DNA of 38,470 bases from Nemertoderma westbladi (lineage: Eukaryota; Animalia; Xenacoelomorpha), in contig JAUCBJ010000196.1 of NCBI GenBank assembly GCA_032718475.1, positions 1 to 38,470 on the forward strand. The letters run 5' to 3'. Shown here piece by piece: positions 21,277 to 31,039 of this stretch. Within the stretch, counting starts at the first letter, position 1. Each line of letters begins with the position of its first letter. The translations under genes were made by a program, and so were the position numbers. The notes below the pieces were generated by a model. It searched no databases. It was given only the letters and a program-made list of their open reading frames with translations, and had not been told where the DNA came from.

Positions 21277-22485
21277 TGTTCGCGCTTTTGAAGACCTTTA
21301 GCAGTTTAACCTGCCAAAATTTATATGTCTTTTAGTTAATTAAAACACCTTTAGCATACGACAATATTTTATGCTAATAAACAAAACATTACCCGAAGTC
21401 AGCCCATGCGCGATCATTCACCCGATGGATCTACACCCGGGAGGCTGAATTCGGCTGCTTAAATTTTATTATTGCAGTGTAAGGTTGCAGTGTAAACCTA
21501 CTGTATTATTCGATTGATCGTTATTAATTAATTTCTGACAGATATTATTGGCTTTCGGGAAATATTAACAGTTCCTTTAGGACGTGGCGCTCTATCTATT
21601 TAAACAGAACTAGGACTTATACTACACGCAACGATACTGCTTATGATTAAAGTATAAAGCGCATTCTTTAGGAAATGCTTTGTTGCCAATCACAATCATG
21701 CACACTATTCTGCCGACCGTCAGTAAATTTGATCACACATAAAGAGAGCAGCAATTGACTCATGTAGGGTCTGCTAAATAACATTAGATTCAATACACAC
21801 CACATTAATATAAATCGCAATTGCTATATATAGCCTGTCTCTCTAACCTGTAGTGTATCAAGAAAATTGGGAAATTTGGGTGATTTATCAGTATTCTCCA
21901 AAGAGCAATATTTCCATCAACAAATAGATACAATTAATAACTGACGGTAAATAACAGTACAAACAATATGATTAATAGTGAGTTAATTAGATCAGATAAG
22001 ATTGATTGATTAGTTGATTGAGTTAGGTAACAGTTTATACTTTCGATAATTTAAGCAGTTTTACTAGAGTTCTTCCCAAAAAGCCGGTGTTATGGCGAAA
22101 AATGGGAACACAACAACAGAATCATATAAAATCATATGACTACATAAACCTATACGAGGATACCAACTACCCTTATTCCACGAAGCTCCCGTTCAACACA
22201 GAGGATGAGCATAGAGATAGGAAATTCAGTTCAGTAGCTCTGGGATAGGTCGAAATCAACGCCCACTCAAATTCTATTGGCCGACACGGACAGCAGGGCA
22301 GAGGCAACCTCCCTAAACTAGTTGGCCGATTAAACTGAGCCCAGATATCTCCGTACAGCACATCAGCCAATAAGCTGGTAGCTTGCACTATTTTAGTTAT
22401 AAATCCCTTTGAGAGTATTCTAGCGACTGGGGGGGAACTGGCCAGCAAAGGCAAACGTATCAGTTATCCCACAAAAGCTTTTACA
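21277..22485 (-). repeat. 5' LTR of the BEL/Pao element (1209 bp)
   Basis: Direct repeat of 6932-8140, followed by the TSD CCTCC. Confidence 0.97.
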
Positions 22486-22490
22486 CCTCC

Positions 22491-23678
22491 GAAAAGGCCG
22501 ATAATATGTCTTCGGGGATTCAGATAGGAGTCCCGCTGGTTTAGGCAGAAGAATAAACCTAGCATGATGATTCTTAAAGAATAACCGGACCCTCCAACCC
22601 GAAGTCCAGCAGTAGCTTCATCTCTAGATCAGATAAAGAACTAATTTTACTCTCCTTCATGAATTTCGATAGACGATGGATGGTATATTCTTTTTACTGG
22701 CGGTCTCCGAGGAGTTTGAGGCATTTATAGCACAATGAAGTCGGAACAGATTCCGGGGGTACTGAATATATCGCCCGTAGAAATGTACAAATGTTAGTGG
22801 TAGGCCCAGGTGTCATCTGATCTATATAAATGCCCTGACTAGTCGAACTAAGTGCCACTCTGTAGACCGATCGAGCGAGCGTCATCTATACACACAGCAC
22901 TTTCCAACTATAACTGCTACGGCCTCCCCTCCATACAGATTCAGATACTATGTCCAGATTAGATTAGGCCCCCGTGCCCGTGGCTGCCAGCCCGTGTAGA
23001 GAGAGGTGATAATAAATAGTCAAATAAATACAGGTAATCAGGTGATGTAATAATGACAATCTGACAATGATAAAGGCATTATTGATGCCTAATACCAGAA
23101 CACAGTAACAGCATAATGCAGTCAGCACTATCAGCAGTAATGTAATGCAGTAATGCCTAACGCAGTAGTGCAGTACAATGCATATACCACATACTGAATA
23201 ATTCACTACATTACCGCACCAGTACCAGAGTAATGCAGTACTGAAATAGAACTGTACTGGTTGGCACTTGGAATTTTCGACTGAAACATTTTCCATTTTT
23301 GAAAATACCACAATTTTATAAACCTTGCCAATGAAATCAATACATTATAAAACCTCAGTATCCAAACTATACGGCCAAATTACCACTTTTGGCTATTTGA
23401 AAATTTCGAGCTACTTGTAATTTTGGTGCTCTTTTAGTGTCTATAATAAAATAAACAATGGAGACTTAATTCTAATTTCGCTTTCGATTACTAATAATTA
23501 ATTCGACTAATAATAATATGGTTTAATGGTTATACCGAAGTCTTGAAGGGTGATGCTTGTATTTTGAGTAATTTTATCAATTCCGAAAAGTGCTGATATG
23601 GTATGGGTGCCAGAAACTCCTCATATCTCGAAAACTACTGTTGCTATTAAATTTTTATTTGTCTCATCTGAAAGAGGA
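22491..23678. mobile_element. Right part of the old foldback-like DNA transposon, including a decayed reading frame
   Basis: Inverted matches to 5832-6016. The minus-strand frame from the ATG at 22885 resumes after a TAA (KEYTIHRLSKFMKESK...). Confidence 0.65.
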
Positions 23679-24273
23679 CATAATAAGAAGTACTTTCGAC
23701 GCGCTAGACCTATTGTTTCAGGGGCTTTATTTAAGAGAAATAACTGGCCCACTAAATTTAGGGGCTCTGCAGCAGCTTGGCGGGTCGTATCTATAGTAGG
23801 TCATGATTTACTGATCAATTTACTAGAATGCTACACAATAACTAACTAACTACCACACAGCCGCCGGAGGAGCCGTGTACAAGAGTTTACGAAAGTTAAC
23901 CCATGTAGGCTACTGTGTATGTCATTCTTTCTATTTCTCTTTCTGTTGTAGTTAATGATCAATTGATTGGATTTAATTTTGCTTCACTGTCAATCATGCG
24001 AAATCGTGCTGTACAACAGGGATTGAGTGGCCCAGCTGCCAATAAATAAGTGTACACAGTAACCAAGGTCACTGTAATCATATCCGGGTAATTAATTACC
24101 CAAATCAATCAATCAATATCTCAGTCAATCGTCGTTAACTACAGTCCGTATTATTTAAAGCATAGTTAGTATTTTTTACAACACAAAAATATTTAACTGT
24201 TCTGTTGTAGGCATTCTGTCCTTCCCAATCGCAATATCTTGTATAACACGTTTCAAAGATTAGCCTACTATTA

Positions 24274-24889
24274 GAACACAGTTTACAGTAAAAATTTTAC
24301 CTCTAGGCACTAATTTTTTCAATATAAATTTAACATTAACCCTATGAAAAGGCTGAAACGACACCCCAATTGGCTTTTTGCGTTCCGGTCACGGTACTGC
24401 GGTAAGGATCTTTAAAATAATACTACAGTAGCTAGAAATCTACTAAACTATAATGCAGAGCTGCTAATCACGTAATCAACGCTCTAATTATTAGCCTACT
24501 TACAGTAGCTTTGTCCTGTATTATCGAGACACTGGATCATAATATCCATCCATACTACCATAGATCATACAGTGGATAGACTGATTATAATGTTGTATGA
24601 ATGAATGAATGTACACCATGGCCCGTAAACAAAAAGCAATTGGGGTGTCGTTTCAGCCTTATCATAGGGTTAATGTTCAATTAATATTGAAAAAATTAGT
24701 GCCTAGAAGTAAAATTTGACTGCAAACTGTATTCCTAAATTTAGTTTATTGTTTTGGTAAAAAAAAGCCTGCCATTATAACCTGCTACTTTCCTTTACAA
24801 GGTACCTTAAATTGTGAATTGAATATCGTAATTAAATATTCGCGAAATTAAGTTAATATGTTAAAATAGGCTGAAACGACACCCCAATT
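24274..24889. repeat. Inverted pair of ~120-bp repeat arms plus a third core copy (MITE-family fragments)
   Basis: 24274-24397 and 24611-24734 are reverse complements with few mismatches. The core AGGCTGAAACGACACCCCAATT recurs at 24868-24889. Confidence 0.85.
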
Positions 24890-24928
24890 ATTGGTAATAT
24901 GCGCCCGGAACCGCACCAACCAGTACAT

Positions 24929-26693
24929 GGGTGCATGTAAAGAGCGGAATGCGGACTACGGACTGCGGATTGTCAATTAAAAGCCCAAATATGCGCGGTC
25001 AATTTGAATTATAGCATTATAATGTAAGAATCCGCTCTTTGTTGTCTGGACAAACGGCGGACTGAAGCCAGAAAATTGTAACCTGATTGGCTCAATCATT
25101 TACATAGGCCCAAAGGGAACTTTCCTGAATCCTCTTATTGGCTTAAATGTTTTCATTGTGACACAGAGATGGAAACCTATTATTTTGAAAACCTATTATG
25201 TAGGCAGTAGGAAGAACTCTTGAACTTTCAATAAAATCTCTCAGGTTAAGGCCGGTTCACTCTTTTAAGCATGATTCATTCGTAACTCTACTTTGGATGA
25301 AGACTTTGGGACTACTGTAGTATGTACTTCTGCTGCCGAAGCAGAGTTATGCTTATTGCTTAAAGGTGTGAACCGCGACCTTATAAGATATTCCTTGTTT
25401 GCTTGTTACTTAAATTAAAAGTTTTTACGTTGGGGTCGTCCAAAAAAAGGGGGAGGGGGGGGGGGGGGGGAGGTTGTGCTCGTACTGCCACTATTATGTC
25501 TCTGTTAGTTGAAACAAAATTGGAACATAATTGAAACATATTAGTCGTACATCAGACATACTAGTAGTGAAACAGTTATTTTTCCAAGATTGACCGACTT
25601 ATTAGCGTTCAAACATTTCCGACGATGACAACGACAGACGGGTCCACCACTTATACCCATATGCTAAGGCTCACCTGGACTTACGTTGCTCGCCCCACAG
25701 TTAATCGCCCATGTGAAGAATACCAGGATTTCACTTTTCGGTCGACTTTTTATTGGAATTTTATATATGAAGATTATTTATTTTTTTTAATTTATCTTTA
25801 TTAAGTGTTTTATATCGCTTATTTCTGTCTTATAACCTGTACATATACTAATTCGTTTATTGTTTTGGTTAGATTCAGCCCTTCTGTAACCTGTATATTT
25901 GGTGAAAACCTGGTATTCTTCACATGGGGGTAACTGCAAAGTGAAATATAACGGCAGAAAGTCTGGTATACTTCACATGGGCCCAGTTAATCGTATGTCA
26001 GTGTCAGATATGTAGGATATCACAGCCCACACTAAAAAAGCATTAAAAAAAGCACTAGCCGATCAGGTGTTCGTGGTTTTCATTTTAAGGCTGTCATAAA
26101 AATTTGGACAGAATTAAACTGTTTGCCAGTAATTAGATGCGTCCTATTGGATGCTATTTATAGATCCACACCCCTTTTCTTTGCCCCTGTTCCCCCTTTT
26201 CTTACGCTCTCTTACCCCCAGCACAGAGAAGATCTTCCCCCAGCTCCTGCGCTTAGGATGTCCGAATATTTGCTCTTTTATATTTGCGAACAGACAACTG
26301 TGACATGAACTCTAAAGGCAGGAAGTATATAAAAATATTTATTGAAATAAATAATCTGAAAATCCGTAGAATGTTGATTATATAGTAGGCCCTTAATCAA
26401 CAGTCCACGTAATTACTGTATAGGATAATTATTTCCTGTATTACAGTGTTGCACAATGGTAAACATTTAAAAGCCAAATGGGATGATTCATTCTTTAAGT
26501 TCCCTTTCAGCTTCAGCCTATGTACATGATTGAGCCAATCAGGTTACAATTTACCGGCTTCAGTCCGCCATTTGTCCAGACAACAAAGAGCGGATTCTTA
26601 GTTTGGAAGTCGATAATTCAAATTGACCGCGCGGATTTTGGCAATCCCCAGTCCGTAGTCCGCCAGTCCGCAGTCCGCTCTTTACATGCACCC
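24929..26693. mobile_element. Non-autonomous Mutator-like (MULE) DNA transposon, 1765 bp
   Basis: ~190-bp imperfect TIRs (GGGTGCATGTAAAGAGCGGA... and ...TCCGCTCTTTACATGCACCC) and a perfect 9-bp TSD CCAGTACAT (24920-24928, 26694-26702). No transposase ORF. Confidence 0.88.
25707..25983. mobile_element. MITE nested in the MULE
   Basis: GCCCATGTGAAGAATACCAG versus CTGGTATACTTCACATGGGC, with an extra internal inverted copy at ~25902-25928. Flanked by the direct repeat CAGTTAAT(C) at 25698 and 25984. Confidence 0.8.
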
Positions 26694-26948
26694 CCAGTAC
26701 ATCACAATCGGCCTACAGCTACAGCAATACAAATACCGGTACAGTACAACCAACCCAACTGTTAGTTGCCTACTCCTGTACTCACTCCTACTGAAGCTAT
26801 TTCAACGTCTGAACGTGCTGTTCAAACCACCGCATTTTGTTCAAGTTACTAATACCAGAATACTAATAAATAACCTACCGCTACCGCTTCTGCTGTACTG
26901 CGCTACCTGACCCCATTTGCTCGCCATAGGTCTAACTGAAACGGAGCA

Positions 26949-28049
26949 ATGGAAGCGGAATGTGGAAACGATTCTAATGAATATGGAGATAACTCAACCT
27001 CCCCCGCGGAAGCCGCCAACGAAACCATCGGAATATTATCCACAATATGTAGTTACATACGTAACTCTAGTTCCGTCAAAACCCCACAAACTCACGAAGC
27101 GAGAAAACGATCCTACGTGACCGCAGAATCGGCGGAAGAAGACGACTCCACTGTGACAAAAAGAATAAAATTATCTAATCGTATATCCTTCTATCGTCGC
27201 CACGACTCTGGTGACAGCGGTACACCCCAATCCTCGCAGAAACGTAAATCCTTCTTCTCCGCTTTATTGTCCCCTGTTGTTAATCTATTTTCTCCGATGA
27301 TTTTCGGGACTAAGGCTCTAGAAGAACCTCCCAACAACATCGTAACGACCAACAACCGTGAGATGGACTGCTCTCTCCGGCGGGGATACAATCTCGGTCT
27401 GTGTCCCGAGTGGTTCGACCCCTACATGTTTATTAAGAACGCGCCAACTATAGATACAGCGTCTCTGTTTAGCCCGGTACTTCCAGTTCGTACGAGAAGC
27501 AGCCAGGAGTATTGCTTAGTTCTCGATTTAGACGAAACTCTAGTTCACTGCAGTCTAGAAGCTTTAAACGATGCGGACTTCCAATTCCCAGTTCTTTACA
27601 ACAACGTTTCTTATCAAGTTTTCGTAAGAGTGAGACCCCACCTCGAGGAATTCCTACAACGTCTTTCGCGATGCTACGAAATAATTTTATTCACCGCGAG
27701 TAAGAAAGTCTACGCGGATAAACTAGTGAGTTTGCTGGACCCCGGTAGGAAGTGGTTCAAACACCGACTGTTCCGGGACAATTGTATCTCGGTTCAAGGG
27801 ATCTACGTGAAACACCTGGGCGTACTGGGTCGGGATCTCGCCAAGACGATAATCGTGGATAACTCGCCCCAGGCGTTCGCCTACCACATGTACAACGGGA
27901 TCCCGATAGAGAGTTGGTTCTCCGACGAGAGGGACATCGAACTGTTGCGTTTGATTCCTTTCCTCGAACGCATCGTCGAGGGACGGAATTCCGACGTGCG
28001 GAATTGTTTGCGTAGCGAATACCGTCTGCACGAGATGCTACCCTCCTGA
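26949..28049 (+). CDS. CTDSPL2: CTD small phosphatase-like protein 2 (SCP4), FCP/SCP HAD-family phosphatase, uninterrupted CDS, 366 aa
   Basis: Catalytic DLDET in [19 protein letters not shown]2-typical FDPYxFIK, LPxx[43 protein letters not shown] and C-terminal RLHEMLP are present. Confidence 0.93.
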   Translation: MEAECGNDSNEYGDNSTSPAEAANETIGILSTICSYIRNSSSVKTPQTHEARKRSYVTAESAEEDDSTVTKRIKLSNRISFYRRHDSGDSGTPQSSQKRKSFFSALLSPVVNLFSPMIFGTKALEEPPNNIVTTNNREMDCSLRRGYNLGLCPEWFDPYMFIKNAPTIDTASLFSPVLPVRTRSSQEYCLVLDLDETLVHCSLEALNDADFQFPVLYNNVSYQVFVRVRPHLEEFLQRLSRCYEIILFTASKKVYADKLVSLLDPGRKWFKHRLFRDNCISVQGIYVKHLGVLGRDLAKTIIVDNSPQAFAYHMYNGIPIESWFSDERDIELLRLIPFLERIVEGRNSDVRNCLRSEYRLHEMLPS

Positions 28050-29379
28050 TACGCAACCCTTTTATTTCGGTATTTATTTAGGTTATCGAAAGTTCAACTT
28101 GTGGCAAATCCGGCTTATTGTAAATCTTTATTTTGGGGGTCTATTTGAGTTTTAGGCTGAAATCTTATATAGGCCTAATTTAAACTCCGGATTTTGCACA
28201 AATTTTTTGTTTTACCGAATTTCTGTTAATTATTTAAAGGAGTTTTGATCTTTTCCAATATAAATTGGACTGGGTTAATTAATTAAGTTTTAATTATATA
28301 TTTGTTTTTTTTATATGTGGTGCCTGGCAGTGCAGTTTTTATTTATTTAACTGTATATTTTCATATGTTCATTTTTTTTGTTCGCAAGTTCAACATTCAT
28401 TAATTAGTCATTTTAATTGTTATTTTTGTGTTCCTGATTTTATTTGCATTGAGTTGCGTCCGCTCGTAATTATTATACTCAACATTAATTAATAAGTAGG
28501 TTAATTAAACGTTCATTAAAAATTAATATTTTCAATTACTATTAGGTTTGATATATTCAAAGGGTTTGCAGTTTGTTTCTTTTGACTGTATAAATGATTT
28601 TAAAATTAACAAGTAGCTTATTTTTGGTTAACTTTTTTCATCGTATTGAGTTGATTTAATTCTGTTCGGAATATTATGATTATTAAATTCCATAATTATT
28701 ATTATTCTTTCCTATTCAAATTCGTTGTTTTAAATAAAACTTTGACAAATTGTGCTCCGTTTATATCGCGTACTAATGAGTATTAAAAGCTTCAAAAATT
28801 TGATAGTCGCCTTTACTGAAAAGTTGGTCGGTAGAGGGAAAAATGTTGTTTAAGGCGGGACATTTAAAACTCAAATGGTGGATGATTGTGTGAAAGTTAA
28901 GTATCAGTACATCAATATGGCAGCACCCAAGGGCAACTTTACTACTTATTGTAGTAAAGTTGTCCTTGGCAACACCACGTTCTCACTGTATACGAGAATA
29001 ATAGAAAAAACAAGGCTGTACAAAGTAAATAGGTCTTCAACAACTCAAGGCCGGCATACCGCTTATTGTCAAATGTTCCACGCTTATTGTCAAAGGTTCC
29101 ACGCATATGGTCATAAAGGTTCCACAAACCTACATTTTATTTAAATTTTATTGTGGGGCGAGCCACGAGCGACTGCTAGGCTGACTGAGACCGTTAGGGG
29201 GTGGGTCAATTTTTGCTAATAATTAATTAGTTTCGTTACGATTTTGACATGCTAATAACTTTGACGGATTTAAAGTTTTCGAGTTGAAAATTTGTAGGCA
29301 TCAATAAGACCAAACGTTTCGATTTTTAGAGACTTTCAGACACCATCAGTTCAACAATCTCCCTATAGAGGGCTAATGT

Positions 29380-29990
29380 CTAAACATTTAATGTCCTCCT
29401 ATTTCTTTGATTTTGATCCGTTAAAGCTAAAACTTGATTTGAACTATACTTTCCGATATTATCCGCATCTCCAAGGCCAGTACCCTTTAGACGCCGTCTC
29501 ACGAAAGTCATGGGCTGTCCACCATGCATATTCACTCCATGGGGCTGCCAAAGCACAAGATTATACACTGGCTGGTCCTCACGGCGAAAGCAATGTCCTG
29601 CAAAGCGTAGGCAGCTTTGTTCTAGTGTCAAGCTTGGGGGAACCAATGAGACACCTCCAATGTTATATAGTGTCTGGTTGGGGATGTGTGCATTGTACTT
29701 GGCACAGTGAACCCGACGTAGCATTCTTGTGAATGTGCCATCCAGAAATTTGGTGTCTTCAGCAGTTCGTTTGAATAGCTACTGGAACTACTGCTGCTCT
29801 AAATAATCGGGCCTTAAGTTTCCGATGAATTCTGTGTGACCTCCAAATCCTGGAAAGCTAATTCAAAGCTGCCTATGTCTTTCCCTTGCGTATTCGAGTA
29901 TCCTCACCTACTTCCGGATCCTACTGTATTTAAGCTTTGCTGAACCTCGCTGATAGAATCGCTCGTGATGACGAGGTCGTTTGCGTACAT
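29380..29990 (-). mobile_element. Decayed RTE-type LINE reverse transcriptase fragment
   Basis: The minus strand encodes YANDLV (degenerate YADD), then ARLFRAAV, LDGTFTRMLRRV...NQTLY...LRFAGHCFRR...LVLWQPHG, with frameshifts and an internal deletion. Confidence 0.75.
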
Positions 29991-30004
29991 ACTGTACTAG
30001 TAAA

Positions 30005-30125
30005 CGGTGGTCGCTCCTTTTCCTTCGCTGCTCCGACTTTTTTTTTGTAGTTTGCCACTTCATCTGCGACCCGCAACAGAATTAACAGTTTTCCGACTTG
30101 ATCTAAAATCTAATTTCTTTACACG
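30005..30125 (+). mobile_element. 3' end fragment of an L2-type LINE
   Basis: Translates as GRSFSFAAPTFFCSLPLHLRPATELTVFRLDLKSNFF, which matches the L2 ORF2 C-terminal pattern GxRxFSxAAPxLWNxLPxxLR...FKxxLKTxLF. Confidence 0.6.
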
Positions 30126-30225
30126 TGCGTCCACTGATTGTTTAAATATTCTACAGTAGTTTATTTACAGTAGGCCTATATTACTGTAGTATATTTAACG
30201 AAATATGTAATAATAGCCTTAGTAG

Positions 30226-30292
30226 GTTGAATTTGAACCTGCGCCACCTGCCAATAGTGTAAAAAGTGGCTACTTAACCCATTGGGACATAT
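30226..30292 (-). mobile_element. Degenerate tRNA-derived (SINE head-like) remnant
   Basis: The minus strand has an A-box-like TGTCCCAATGGGTTAAG and a B-box-like GGTTCAAATTC about 35 nt apart. No convincing cloverleaf. Confidence 0.3.
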
Positions 30293-30294
30293 TA

Positions 30295-30412
30295 ATTGCC
30301 GCAATAATTATTTATTGTCGTCATAATTATTTATTGCCTGCCGCAATATTTTTTTTATTGCTGCAATAATTATTTATATTATAGCCGCAATAATTATTTA
30401 TTGCCGCAATAA
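30295..30412. repeat. Short ~19-bp tandem repeat (ATTGCCGCAATAATTATTT, 5-6 degenerate units)
   Basis: The units are directly visible in the sequence. Confidence 0.8.
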
Positions 30413-31039
30413 CGCACTGAACATCTTTCTAAATATTTCATGAGTGATTTAAATATTTTCATGACTGATTTAAATTTTCTCATCAGACAGCTTACACCTT
30501 AAGAAAATGAAACTAAATTTTTCAGGTTAGGGACCGTTATGTCAGTAAGTAATTTCGACTCCTGCGCCTGCCATGCGATTTTTGTCAATAACTGTCTGTC
30601 AGTCTGTACGGGGTGTTTGTAAACAGTAACACAGTCTGACACTGACAGCAGCAGTACACCAGTACATCATTACCCAGTACACGGTACTGTCAGACAGTAC
30701 AGCAGTAGTACCAGAGTACATACCGAGTTCTGCCAACTGTACAATCAATCATACCACCATCAGACCATACCGGTATAATGCTGTAGGCCTAATGCAGTCT
30801 GACAGTAATACTGTAATACCGGTACTTGAATAGGCTGGCTGCGGGTGATTGGCAATTGCTGAATTGGGGCCGGCCCATCCATCCTGCCATCAGAACGGTA
30901 CCGGTAGCGGGAAGTGCGGGAGTACCGGTTCCGGTAACATCCTTCTTCTGTTCTTGACGATCTCTTGTTTGTTGTACCGGTAGTCAAGTCCAGAAGTCAG
31001 GTAGTTGAATTTTGCTAAACTGAAAATGCTGACTGTCAG

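Larger units (their letters stand above)
6932..22485 (-). mobile_element. Full-length BEL/Pao (Belpaoviridae) LTR retrotransposon, 15,554 bp
   Basis: Two 1209-bp direct repeats with TGT...ACA ends, a 5-bp TSD CCTCC (6927-6931 and 22486-22490), and an intact Gag-PR-RT-RH-IN ORF with BEL/Pao signatures. Confidence 0.97.
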
